This document shows positions 47,883-57,510 of a stretch of DNA of 64,000 bases, piece by piece. The stretch is taken from NCBI GenBank assembly GCA_036012755.1, contig DASCPX010000059.1:64001-128000 (forward strand). Direction: 5' to 3'. Both the position numbers and the translations under genes were made by a program. Under the pieces are notes generated by a model. That model had not been told where the DNA came from. It saw only the letters and a program-made list of their open reading frames with translations, and searched no databases. Origin of the DNA: Myxococcota bacterium (GTDB lineage Bacteria > Myxococcota_A > UBA796 > CAJQPC01). The first letter of the stretch is position 1; every line of letters starts with the position of its first letter.

Positions 47883-50800
47883 ATGGAGACCAGCAGCACG
47901 ATCAGGACGGTCAGCAGCTACTTGTCCGCGTTTCACCTGGAGCGGCTCGCGGCGCGTCGCGAGCGCCCGGCCGTGGAGGGCTTCCACGGCGCGGTGCTGC
48001 TCGTGGACGTCATCGGATTCACGCAGATCACCCAGCGCTTCTCCGAGGCGGGGGCTCGCGGTGCCGAGCAACTGTCGGAGATCTTGAACCTCTCCTTCGG
48101 CTCGATCATCGACGCCATCGATCGACACGGCGGGGACATCCTCACCTTCGCGGGAGACGCCGTGCTGGCGGTCTGGCCGGCCCAGGGAGCCCACCTCGAA
48201 GAGGTCGTGATGCTCGCCGTCCAGGCTGGACTCGAGATCCACGACATCCCGACCCATCCCGATCAGCCGCTGAAGCTGCGCGCCTCTGTTGGGGCTGGCA
48301 AGCTCAACGCCTTCGAGGTCGGCGGGCTCGACGAACGCTGGATGCTCGTCACGGCCGGCGACCCGGTCGACCAGGTCGCAGAGGCCGACAAGCTCTGCCA
48401 GGCCGGCGAGGTGATGCTCTCGACCAGCGCCTGGTCCTTCGTCTCCGATCGCTGCAAGGGCGAGCTGCGCCGCAGCGCCGTGGCGCTCAAGTCCATCGAG
48501 TATCCGGTCGAGGCCCCCGGAACCCTCGACCGACCCGAGCCCACCATCGACATCGAGCCCTACATGCCCGAAGTCGTCCATCGCCGCATCGGCGCCGGAC
48601 AAGCCGAGTTCCTGGCCGAGTTCCGCAACCTGACGGTGCTCTTCATCACGCTGTCTGATCTCGACCCGCGCTCGGCGGAGGCGCTGGACAAGCTGCACGC
48701 CGCGTCCCGCGTCCTGCAGGAGGAGCTCGATCGCACGCAGGGTGCGGTCTACCAGTTCCTCAGCGACGACAAGGGCACGACCCTGCTGGCGGCCTACGGC
48801 CTCCCCGGCATGTCCCACGAAGACGACGCCCTGCGCGGCACCATCGCGGCCGTGGCGATCCGAGAAGGACTCACCGGGGTCGGTCTGCGCTCCTCGATCG
48901 GGGTGGCCACGGGTCGCCTCTTCTGCGGCTCGTACGGCAACGACACCCGCCGGCAGTACGCCATCGTCGGCACCACCATCAACCTCTCCGCCCGCCTGAT
49001 GCAGGCCTGTGTCGGGGACGGTCTCCTCTGCGACGAGAAGACCCGCCAGGCGGTCGGTGAACGCGGCGAGTTCGAGGCCCTGGACCCCGTGAAGGCCAAG
49101 GGCATCGACGCGCCGGTCTCTGTCTTCCGCCCCACGGCGCTCAAAGCCAGACGGCACGGCAGCAGCGCCGAGCTCATCGGCCGCGCCGCCGAGCGGGCCG
49201 TGTTCACCGAACGCCTCGGTTGCCTCGGCGAGGGAGTCGGCGGAGTCGTCGTCATCGAGGGAGAGGCAGGGATCGGCAAGAGCCAGCTCTTGCGCTGGGT
49301 TGCCGACGCCGCGACATCCAGAGGTGTCCGCGTAGCCGAGGGTGCCGGAGACTCGATCGAGACGACCACCGGATACCTGATGTGGCGCCAGGTCCTGGAT
49401 GATCTGGTCGGAAGCGATCGGGGCAACATCGACGCCTTGTTCGCCGAAGACCAGCGCATGCAGCAGTGGGCTCCGCTGCTCGAGGACGTGGCCCCGCTGG
49501 GTTTCGAGCCCAACGAGGTCACCGGAGCGATGAGCGGCCCCGCTCGGGCGCAGGCCCTGGCCGAGATCCTCGTCCAGATCGTCAGGCACGCCGCTTCGGA
49601 GCAGCCGCTGCTCCTGGCCGTGGAGGATGGGCACTGGCTCGACTCCGCGAGCTGGGCCACCCTGGGCGAGGTCGCGGCGAAGGTGGACGAGGTCCTCGTC
49701 GTCGTCTCGACCCGGCCCATCCCCGAGCCTGTGCCCTCCGAGTACGACGCGCTGCGCGGACACGAGAGCGCCGATGTCCTCGTCATGGAGACCCTCTCCC
49801 CCGACGAGGCCGAGGCGCTGGTCTGCGCCAAGCTCGGGGTGGACGAACTGCCCGACGCCGTCGCGCGGGTCCTCCGCGAGCAGGCCGAGGGGCACCCGCT
49901 CTACAGCGAGGAGCTCGCCTGGAACCTCGTGGAGACGGGCGCTCTCCACATCGAGGACCGCAGAGCCCGACTGGCCATCCCGGAGTCAGCGCTCTCGGCG
50001 ATGGCCTTCCCCCAAGGCATCGAGGGGGTCATCACCTCCAGGATCGACCGACTGCCCCAGGAGACCCAGCTGCTCCTGAAGGTCGCGAGCGTCATCGGCC
50101 GCATCTTCTCTTTCGACGTCCTTCAGGCCATCGCGCCGCTGGAGACGGAGTCCGAGCGCCTGGAGCAGCAGGCGACACAGCTGGTCGAGGCCGATCTCAC
50201 CCTGCCGGAGCGTCCGAAGCCGGACCTCGCCTGGATCTTCAAGCACGCCTTGATCCAGGACACCGCCTACAACCTGCTCGTCTTCAAGCAGCGCCACCTC
50301 CTCCACAGGTCGGTGGCCGAGTGGTACGAGGAGACCTTCAGCGCGAACCTCGCGGCCTACTACCCGGTGCTCGCCTACCACTTCACCCTCGCCGAGGTGC
50401 CGGACAAGACGCGCCAGTACCTCGACCTGGCGGGGACCCGGGCCCTGCGAACCGGGGCCTCGGCAGAGGCTGTGAGCTTCTTCCGCCGAGCCCTCGCCCT
50501 CGAAGGAGGGCAAGCGGACACGCGGACCACGCTGCGCCAGACGCGCTGGTGGCGGTCGCTCGGGCTCGCCTACTACGCCCTGGGTCAGAAGGCCGACGCA
50601 CGGGACGCCATGCTCCGCACGATGGCGCTGTCGGGCTATCCGATGGCCACGAGCACCTTCGGGCTCTTGCTCCAGCTGCCCTGGCAGTACGTCCTGCAGG
50701 CGATCTACCTGATCTCGCCCAAGGCCCTGCTCGGCAAGACAGAGGACGAGCGGGAGATCGCGTCGTTGGCGGCCGACGCTGCCCAGTCCGTCTCGACGAC

Positions 50801-51890
50801 CTACTACTTCGACAAGGAGAACCTGCCCTTCTTCGTCGCCGGGGTGATGTGCGCCGCCCATTGCGCCCGCGCCGGAGCCTCTCGGGAGTCCGCCTCGGGC
50901 CTGTCCTATGTCGGCGTGCTCGCGGGCCTGTTCCAGATCGACAGGCTCACCGAGGCCTACTTCCGGCGCAGCCTCGAGGCCGCCAACGAGGTCGGTGATC
51001 CCTGGGCTGTCGCCCGACACTGGGAGAACAAGGCCCACCAGCGGGCGGGCGTCGGGATCTGGCTGGACGAGGAACTCGACGACGCCATCCGCTTCTTCGA
51101 GCTCACCGGCGACCGCCACGACCTCGAGATCTCGACCACCATGAAGGCCCTGATCACCAGCTACCGGGGCCGCTACGCAGAGTCCAAGAGCCTCTACCAG
51201 CGAGTCCTGGCCTCTGCGAAGGGCCACAGCGTCCAGCACACGATCTGGGGCACCTACAAGCCCGGAGAGCTGATGCTCTTCGAGGCGGGCCGCCACGACG
51301 AGGCGCTGCCGCTGATGGAAGAGACCCTGGAGCTCTTGAAGCTCGAGCCGGAGGAGCCCACCGAGATCGCCCTCATGCTGGACATCGGCACCATCCAGCA
51401 CCGCAAGGGAGACCCGCGAGCCTCGGACACCGTCCACGACGCCATGCAGCGCCTCAAGGACGCGCCGCCGAACATCCACGGCATGCTGCCTGCGTTCACC
51501 TTTGGCTGCGGCGTCCAGCTCGACATCTGGGAGGAGGCCCTGGCCGCCGGCGGCGACGTGGCGAAGGCCCGGGACCGCGCCTACTTCGCCAACAAGCAGA
51601 TGGCGATCTTCGCCTTCCTGTTCCCGATGGCGCGAGCGCGCAAGTGGATCATGCAGGCCCGCGCCGCGCTGCTCGACGGCAAGACAGACAAGGCCCGGAA
51701 GCTGCTGGAGAAGGCCAGGGCTCGAGGCGAGGAGCACGACATGCCGCTGGATGTCGGCCTGGCCAACCAGTACCTGGGCCTCTGCGAGCCCGGGGGCAGC
51801 GAGGCACGAGAGAACCTCCTCCGCGACGCGGGAGCGGTGTTCGCCAGCATCGGCGCCAGCCAATACGAGGGCCGCTGCGAAGAGGGGTAG
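47883..51890 (+). CDS. Tandem class III adenylate/guanylate cyclase + STAND-type AAA ATPase + TPR-like helical domain
   Basis: LLVDVIGFT, FAGDA, DDKG, NLSARLM; P-loop GEAGIGKS, VEDGHWLD, EGHPL, ASVIG, FKHALIQD.AY. Confidence 0.9.
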   Translation: METSSTIRTVSSYLSAFHLERLAARRERPAVEGFHGAVLLVDVIGFTQITQRFSEAGARGAEQLSEILNLSFGSIIDAIDRHGGDILTFAGDAVLAVWPAQGAHLEEVVMLAVQAGLEIHDIPTHPDQPLKLRASVGAGKLNAFEVGGLDERWMLVTAGDPVDQVAEADKLCQAGEVMLSTSAWSFVSDRCKGELRRSAVALKSIEYPVEAPGTLDRPEPTIDIEPYMPEVVHRRIGAGQAEFLAEFRNLTVLFITLSDLDPRSAEALDKLHAASRVLQEELDRTQGAVYQFLSDDKGTTLLAAYGLPGMSHEDDALRGTIAAVAIREGLTGVGLRSSIGVATGRLFCGSYGNDTRRQYAIVGTTINLSARLMQACVGDGLLCDEKTRQAVGERGEFEALDPVKAKGIDAPVSVFRPTALKARRHGSSAELIGRAAERAVFTERLGCLGEGVGGVVVIEGEAGIGKSQLLRWVADAATSRGVRVAEGAGDSIETTTGYLMWRQVLDDLVGSDRGNIDALFAEDQRMQQWAPLLEDVAPLGFEPNEVTGAMSGPARAQALAEILVQIVRHAASEQPLLLAVEDGHWLDSASWATLGEVAAKVDEVLVVVSTRPIPEPVPSEYDALRGHESADVLVMETLSPDEAEALVCAKLGVDELPDAVARVLREQAEGHPLYSEELAWNLVETGALHIEDRRARLAIPESALSAMAFPQGIEGVITSRIDRLPQETQLLLKVASVIGRIFSFDVLQAIAPLETESERLEQQATQLVEADLTLPERPKPDLAWIFKHALIQDTAYNLLVFKQRHLLHRSVAEWYEETFSANLAAYYPVLAYHFTLAEVPDKTRQYLDLAGTRALRTGASAEAVSFFRRALALEGGQADTRTTLRQTRWWRSLGLAYYALGQKADARDAMLRTMALSGYPMATSTFGLLLQLPWQYVLQAIYLISPKALLGKTEDEREIASLAADAAQSVSTTYYFDKENLPFFVAGVMCAAHCARAGASRESASGLSYVGVLAGLFQIDRLTEAYFRRSLEAANEVGDPWAVARHWENKAHQRAGVGIWLDEELDDAIRFFELTGDRHDLEISTTMKALITSYRGRYAESKSLYQRVLASAKGHSVQHTIWGTYKPGELMLFEAGRHDEALPLMEETLELLKLEPEEPTEIALMLDIGTIQHRKGDPRASDTVHDAMQRLKDAPPNIHGMLPAFTFGCGVQLDIWEEALAAGGDVAKARDRAYFANKQMAIFAFLFPMARARKWIMQARAALLDGKTDKARKLLEKARARGEEHDMPLDVGLANQYLGLCEPGGSEARENLLRDAGAVFASIGASQYEGRCEEG

Positions 51891-51892
51891 TC

Positions 51893-52939
51893 GTGATCGG
51901 CATCCTTGGCGCGACCGGACACACCGGCGTCAAACTCGCGCGGGTCTTCCAGCGCCTCGGTCAGCCGATGCTGCTCGGCGGCCGCGACGCTGACAAGCTC
52001 GACCGGCTCTCCAGCCAGGTGGCGCCTGCCGGCAAGCAGCTCTGCGAGATCCGGGACAAGCGCGCGCTGCGGCGCTTCTTCGAGCAATGCGACCTGGTCG
52101 TGAACTGTGTCGGGCCCTACACGACGCTGGGCTGGGAGGCATGCCAGGTCGCCCTGGAGACCGAGACCTCGCTCTTCGATCTCACGGGGGAGCAGGGCTT
52201 CCAGCGTCGCTGCATCGAAAAGCTCGACGACGGCTGCAAGGAGCTCGGCGTCGTGATCGCCAACGCCATGGGGCTGGAGGTCGTGGTCGCCGACTGCGCG
52301 GCGGAGCTGCTCTTGCGCCGGCACCCGGAGGCCCGAGTCGTCCACGTCGTGAACCATGTCCGAGACTTCGCCAGCAGCGGCGGCTCACGCCAGAGCCTCG
52401 CCCAGGTCTTTGGCCAGTCCTCCGTTGCCTGGCGTGACGGTGGCATCAGGGACGGTCAGCGGGTCGCCGGTCGACTCCGCCGCGCCAGGGTCGGCTCGCT
52501 CGGGGCGAGGTGGATGGCCTGGGGGCCAGGAGTCGAGATCCTCTGCGTCGCCCAGAAGGCCGAGCTCGACCGGGTCGAGGTCTGGTTCGAGATGCCGGCG
52601 CCGGTGGCTGCGTCTTCCTGGCTCAACTCGCGCGCGATGAGCGCCTCTGCTGGACTGCTCCAGAAGGCGGCCGCCCTGTGGACACGGCCGATCGGCGTAT
52701 CGAAGCCTGGTCCCTGGCTGATCCAGGTCTCCGTCGAGTCCGAGCAGGAGCTGGGCGCCATCGAGGTGCGCGGTGTTGGGCCCTACGAGATCACGGCCGA
52801 GATCACGGCCTGGTGCGCCCGCGAGTTCCTCCAGCGCGGGCCGGTCTCCGAGGTCGGGGGGGTCCTGCCGCCGGCTGCGGTGGTGGACGCCGAGCGCTTC
52901 TTCGAGGCGCACCCGCAGCTCGAGGTGATGGAGACATGA
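51893..52939 (+). CDS. Saccharopine dehydrogenase-like NAD(P)-binding oxidoreductase
   Basis: GATGHTG, GRDADKL, VNCVGPY, DLTGEQ. Confidence 0.85.
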   Translation: MIGILGATGHTGVKLARVFQRLGQPMLLGGRDADKLDRLSSQVAPAGKQLCEIRDKRALRRFFEQCDLVVNCVGPYTTLGWEACQVALETETSLFDLTGEQGFQRRCIEKLDDGCKELGVVIANAMGLEVVVADCAAELLLRRHPEARVVHVVNHVRDFASSGGSRQSLAQVFGQSSVAWRDGGIRDGQRVAGRLRRARVGSLGARWMAWGPGVEILCVAQKAELDRVEVWFEMPAPVAASSWLNSRAMSASAGLLQKAAALWTRPIGVSKPGPWLIQVSVESEQELGAIEVRGVGPYEITAEITAWCAREFLQRGPVSEVGGVLPPAAVVDAERFFEAHPQLEVMET

Positions 52940-54486
52940 GCCTCCCGCGTGTCGTGGTCATCGGCTCCGGCATCGGGGGCTCGGCGGTGACGCTGGCGCT
53001 CGCGCACGCCGGCCTGCCGGTGACCCTCGTCGAGAAGAACCCCCTGATCGGCGGCTCCTGCAGCTTCTACGAGAAAGAAGGCTGGCAGCTGGATGTGGGC
53101 ACCCACCTCTTCAGCCGCGGTGACGAGGGTCCTCTCGGTGACCTGCTCCGGAGGGTCGGAGCCCCCGGCGCGATCCAGTTCCGCCGCACCCGCGACATCG
53201 CGGAGCTGCGCGTCGCGACGCAGACCAGCGCCCTCGACCCGATCCCGGTGCCGGCCTCGGCTGCGCGCTTGCCTGCCTTCGCCTGGCGGGTCTGTCGCGC
53301 GATGCGACTGGGGCCCCTCGAGGCCGCGCGTGCGGCCTGCCTGTTCAGCGTGATCCTGGCGATGTCGGACGAGGACATCAGGGCCTGGGACCAGCGCACG
53401 GTCGAGGACTTCCTGGAGCCCTTCGGCCTTCATGACGCCGTCTGCGGGCTCTTCGGCTTCCTGCTCGGGCTCTACTTCGTCGTGCCCTACTGGGAGGCCA
53501 GCGCCGGCGAGGCCATCTGGTGCTTCCAGAAGATGGTCCGCGCGAACCAGCTCAGCTACCCCGTCGGGGGCTCCTTCGCCGTGCCCGGGACCTTCTGCAG
53601 CCTCGGACAACAGCGCGGGGCCGTCCTGCGGACCGGAGCCGGGGTGTCACGGGTGCTCCTGGGCGATGGCGCGGTCCGCGGGGTGGAGCTCTCCACCGGC
53701 GAGGTGCTGCCCGCGGACGTGGTGGTGTCGACCTCGTCGCTGCGCACGACGGTCCTGCACCTCGTCGGCGCCGAGCACTTCCCAGAGGCCTACGCCCGCA
53801 GAGCCCGGGCCATCCGCGGCTCCTCCATCGCGGTCCAGGTGAAGATCGCCCTGCGCCGGAAGCTGGTCTCGGCCGGAGCGCTGGTCGGTGGGGTCGGCAA
53901 GGTCGACGACATCTTCACCCTGGACGCCGAGCGCCTGAAGGGTCTCTACGAGGACGTCGCCGAGGGACGAGTGCCCGAGTGCGTGCCCTTCTACGCGCCG
54001 ATTCCCACCAACTTCGACCCTTCGCTGGGCCCCGGCCAGCTCATCACGGCCTGCGCGGTAGCGCCTACGACGGACATCCAGCTGAAGGACCCGGCGGAGA
54101 TGTGGGAGGCCGCACTGATGAACGCGCTGCGAAGGGTCATCCCTGGCCTCGACGCGCACACTGTCTTCTGCGACCGCTTCTCGACCCGCTGGATCGAGAG
54201 CTGGGTCGGCAAGGAGTTCGGCCCGGCCATCTCCACCGCACAGATTCCCGGGCAGGTGGGGGAGCTACGGCCCAGCGTGGAGACGCCGATCGGTGGGCTC
54301 TACATCGCGGGGTGCGGAGCCGGCGCTCGTGGCGTGGGGACGGAGCTCGCGGCCGCCAGCGGCATGGAGACGGCGGATGCCATCCTGGCTCGCGAAGGCC
54401 GACAGACGTGGCGGCGCCGTGCTCCTCGCTCGGAGCGGCTGCTGAGTCGAGGCGCCGCGCTCTGGGGAAAGCTGGCCACTCCGTAG
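52936..54486 (+). CDS. Phytoene desaturase-family FAD-dependent oxidoreductase
   Basis: VIGSGIGG, EKN..IGG, DVGTH, YPVGG, TPIGGLYIAG. Confidence 0.85.
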   Translation: MSLPRVVVIGSGIGGSAVTLALAHAGLPVTLVEKNPLIGGSCSFYEKEGWQLDVGTHLFSRGDEGPLGDLLRRVGAPGAIQFRRTRDIAELRVATQTSALDPIPVPASAARLPAFAWRVCRAMRLGPLEAARAACLFSVILAMSDEDIRAWDQRTVEDFLEPFGLHDAVCGLFGFLLGLYFVVPYWEASAGEAIWCFQKMVRANQLSYPVGGSFAVPGTFCSLGQQRGAVLRTGAGVSRVLLGDGAVRGVELSTGEVLPADVVVSTSSLRTTVLHLVGAEHFPEAYARRARAIRGSSIAVQVKIALRRKLVSAGALVGGVGKVDDIFTLDAERLKGLYEDVAEGRVPECVPFYAPIPTNFDPSLGPGQLITACAVAPTTDIQLKDPAEMWEAALMNALRRVIPGLDAHTVFCDRFSTRWIESWVGKEFGPAISTAQIPGQVGELRPSVETPIGGLYIAGCGAGARGVGTELAAASGMETADAILAREGRQTWRRRAPRSERLLSRGAALWGKLATP

Positions 54487-54510
54487 GTCCTCCCAACTCG
54501 AGGAGTCGCC

Positions 54511-55149
54511 ATGAACCCGTTCTGCGAGGCGGCCCGACACTGGATCGGGCCCGCCGGCCACGCCAACGACCTCGACCCTTTGCAGGGTCTGCGCTGGAAC
54601 CACCTGCGTGATCGAAGGGTCGACCTCCGCGAGTACCCCCCCTACACGGGGGGCTCCCCGGTCCCGTTGTCGGTCTCCACGATCCATGCGCTGGCCGAGG
54701 CGGACCTCGAGCCGGACGAAGTGTGCGCAGTGGGCCACGTCCTCGCGGAGCTGGTCGAAGAGCAGGACCTCCGAGTGGTGCTGCAGATGGCTCGGACGTA
54801 CGGACGCCCCGAGCCAGATGACCTCGAGCTGATAGGCACCGCCGAGCTCGACAGCCTCCCTGCCCTCGGCGTGATCTCCGTGGGTGATCACCGGTGGCGG
54901 CTGGAGTTGGACGACGACGTCTCCTGTGCCGGGCCCCACTGGAGCGATGCCTTGCTCACCTTCGAGACGCCGAGCCGAACCTGGACCGCCGAGCTCACCC
55001 CGGAATCGCCGCGCGTCCGGCTGGAGATCGACCTCCACGAGGTCGAGGCCGTGACGCTGGCGCTCTACCGAACCCGCTCGATGAGACCGGACTGGACCGA
55101 CCTGGTGGGGGCGCTCACGGTGCCGAGACGTCTCCTGCTCCGGCGCTGA
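54511..55149 (+). CDS. Hypothetical protein
   Basis: GAGGAG RBS; 212 aa; coding-like composition. Confidence 0.65.
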   Translation: MNPFCEAARHWIGPAGHANDLDPLQGLRWNHLRDRRVDLREYPPYTGGSPVPLSVSTIHALAEADLEPDEVCAVGHVLAELVEEQDLRVVLQMARTYGRPEPDDLELIGTAELDSLPALGVISVGDHRWRLELDDDVSCAGPHWSDALLTFETPSRTWTAELTPESPRVRLEIDLHEVEAVTLALYRTRSMRPDWTDLVGALTVPRRLLLRR

Positions 55150-55238
55150 CACCTGGCTGACAGTTCCGAGACCGGCCCCCCACGACCGGCGACCAGAACC
55201 TCAGGGGCGCGCTCCCGCGCCCCGGAAGGGAGGTCGTC

Positions 55239-56039
55239 ATGGACCTGGACAAGCTCTACGCCCCCACCTTGAGATGGGTCAACACCAACCCGGCGGACAT
55301 CGCCAGCATGCCCGACGAGCTCTTTCGGGAGCTCCTACGCGTCGCGTCTCGACAGGCCTGCAAGCGTGTCCACTACTTCGCTCGCGAGCGCGGTCGCCGC
55401 TTCGACGCCGTGTCGCCTCGGGCCTTCATCGAGGAGCTCGGCGTGGTCGACCGCTGGGTCACCTCGGCCCTGCTCGCCGACCGGGGACAGCGTGGCTGGC
55501 GTTGTTTCCGCTGCAAGAGCTGGATCAAGAAGTCCAAGCGCTGCGACTGTGGCTGGAACAAGCCCGCTCCTGGCGCCCAGTGGCTGGAGAAGGTCCTCCA
55601 CGGCGTCGAGGACGGCCAGGCTTTCGCTCGGAACGTCCACCGTCGGGTCGGCCAGGATCACGACGACGCGCTGCGTCGCGGGCCCTTCGAGGTGGCGATG
55701 CAGCACGCGAACGCCGCGGCTTCGAGCCTCGGCCTCGAGCGGGTCGAGACCCCAGAGGGAAACCGGGTCTTCGACTCCAGCCGCGAGGGGCTCCCCCGGG
55801 AGCTGACCGCTGCCGAGGTCGACTTCGTCCGGAGTCAGGTCGACAAGGCGGCGCTGTCGTGCCTCAAGCGGGCCGAACGCAGCATGGCGCTCCTGCAGCA
55901 CTTCCTGGAGCTCGACCACCTCCTCATCCCGCTCCGCGCCGTTGCTTCTCTCGACGTGGAGCTCTTCCAGACCCAGCTCTCGGCCGTGGAGCTCGAGGAC
56001 ATGGTCCAGAGCCTGCGCTCGCTCCTGCTGAAGGGCTGA
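55239..56039 (+). CDS. Hypothetical protein with a Zn-ribbon-like motif
   Basis: GGGAGG RBS; WRCFRC-x9-CDCG. Confidence 0.7.
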   Translation: MDLDKLYAPTLRWVNTNPADIASMPDELFRELLRVASRQACKRVHYFARERGRRFDAVSPRAFIEELGVVDRWVTSALLADRGQRGWRCFRCKSWIKKSKRCDCGWNKPAPGAQWLEKVLHGVEDGQAFARNVHRRVGQDHDDALRRGPFEVAMQHANAAASSLGLERVETPEGNRVFDSSREGLPRELTAAEVDFVRSQVDKAALSCLKRAERSMALLQHFLELDHLLIPLRAVASLDVELFQTQLSAVELEDMVQSLRSLLLKG

Positions 56040-56086
56040 GCGCTCGCCACCGACGAAGTCTGCGGCGACGACTGAGTCAAGACGCG

Positions 56087-56116
56087 AAAACCCCCGACCG
56101 GCGAGCCGATCGGGGG
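56087..56116 (-). terminator. Intrinsic terminator
   Basis: GC-rich hairpin (CCCCCGA.CGGC / GCCG.TCGGGGG) followed by TTTT on the minus strand, between convergent genes. Confidence 0.7.
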
Positions 56117-56134
56117 CGAACAGCGCCGGGAGTC

Positions 56135-57136
56135 CTAAGGCGCTTCGTACTTCTCGAAGCGCCACGCGCCCTCGAGCAGCGAGGCGTTGCCGTGGGTGTC
56201 GAGGAGGTAGTCATCGTCGAGTGCGTCGACCACGTCGTTCTCGACGAACTCCAGGCCTGCGACGCACCAGCCGGTGTTCTGGGCGTGCCAGTCGTTGCCG
56301 ACCGTGCAGGGGTTCAGGTCGCCGAACTCCGGTCCGCTGTTGTTCCACTCGGCCCAGAAGTACGGAATCGCCGTGTTGGCCTGCGCGGCGATCTCCGGGC
56401 GGGTGCCCTGGAGGCCCTGGAAGCTCATGCCCTGGTCCGAGCTGGCCGCTACGAAGCCGTCGATGTAGACGTCGACGGTGCCGGAGAGGTCCAGGCCGAC
56501 TCGCACCATGCGGCCCCAGCCGTTGGTGTCGAGCTCGGCAGAGAAGGACTCGCCCCAGTCGTCGGTGGCTTCTACGAAGAGGGACTCACCGTCGCCGCCG
56601 AGCCAGATGATCACTTCGGTGCCACCGCCGCGAGCGTAGAAGGCCTCGATGCCCGCGCTGCGGTGGGTGGGCACCAGCGCCATCTCGAAGCGCAGGTTGC
56701 GCCCGTCGCCGAACTGGCTCGGCTGAAGCACGTTCTCGCGGTCGAGACCGACCATCATCAGGCCGGCTGGCTCTGCCGGCAGGACCGGGACCTTCATGGT
56801 GCCGGAGGTGACCTCGCCGGCGGAGGCGACGATCTGGATGGTCTCTCCGGGCTGGACGAGAGCCACCGACTCGGTGATCTCGACCTCGACGTGACGGCTG
56901 AAGGCGTCGAGCTCCTGGTTGTCGTAGAGCTCTTCGAACTCGGTGCCGTCGCGAGCACGGCCGCTCACGACGATCGAGAGGGCAGCGGTGTCAGCGTCAC
57001 CGTTGACCTCGCCGCACTCGATCCAGGCCGACTGGCCGCTGGTGTAGCTCTCCGGTGGCCAGCATTGGATGACGGGCAAGTTGTTGATATCGTTGTCCTT
57101 GCAGGACGTGCACGCGGCAAGCACCAAGACGAGCAT
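56135..57136 (-). CDS. Lipoprotein, possible LamG-like C-terminal domain
   Basis: MLVLVLAAC; G.VDVYIDG and LLEGAWRFE resemble LamG strands. Confidence 0.6.
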   Translation of the reverse strand: MLVLVLAACTSCKDNDINNLPVIQCWPPESYTSGQSAWIECGEVNGDADTAALSIVVSGRARDGTEFEELYDNQELDAFSRHVEVEITESVALVQPGETIQIVASAGEVTSGTMKVPVLPAEPAGLMMVGLDRENVLQPSQFGDGRNLRFEMALVPTHRSAGIEAFYARGGGTEVIIWLGGDGESLFVEATDDWGESFSAELDTNGWGRMVRVGLDLSGTVDVYIDGFVAASSDQGMSFQGLQGTRPEIAAQANTAIPYFWAEWNNSGPEFGDLNPCTVGNDWHAQNTGWCVAGLEFVENDVVDALDDDYLLDTHGNASLLEGAWRFEKYEAP

Positions 57137-57188
57137 GGGTCTGTCTCCGGGTAGGGGTTTTCGCTGGCTGTAGGGACATACGGAGCGT

Positions 57189-57479
57189 TCAGGTCCAGAC
57201 GCCCATCAGCGCGTAGACGAAGACACTGGCAAGGTCCTCGTCGGCGATGGGCCAGGTCGTGATGACCGTGTTCTCTCGCCCGATGAGGAGCTGGGAGCCG
57301 AAGATGCGGTACTGGATCCAGCGCTCGCTGCGCCTGTTCTTCCTCGCGATTCGGTCCCCGAGCCTGCGCGGGATACGCACCCCCTCCCTCCAGGCTCGGC
57401 GAACCCTGTCGCGGCTGTGGATACCGAAGCGCTCTCGCGCACGATCGGCGGCGTGGTGGGTGACCCTGATCTTGTTCAT
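57189..57479 (-). CDS. Small basic protein with TxHAxxRxxER motif (DUF4258/BECR-fold-like)
   Basis: GGAGG RBS; IRVTHHAADRARERFG and TVITTW. Confidence 0.6.
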   Translation of the reverse strand: MNKIRVTHHAADRARERFGIHSRDRVRRAWREGVRIPRRLGDRIARKNRRSERWIQYRIFGSQLLIGRENTVITTWPIADEDLASVFVYALMGVWT

Positions 57480-57510
57480 GACGACCTCCGCTGTCAGCTA
57501 CGGAGCCCCC

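Noticed and set aside
47883..51890. Avs-type antiviral STAND system
   Set aside because: The architecture is the common cyclase-AAA-TPR signalling type, with no nuclease, TIR or Sir2 effector.
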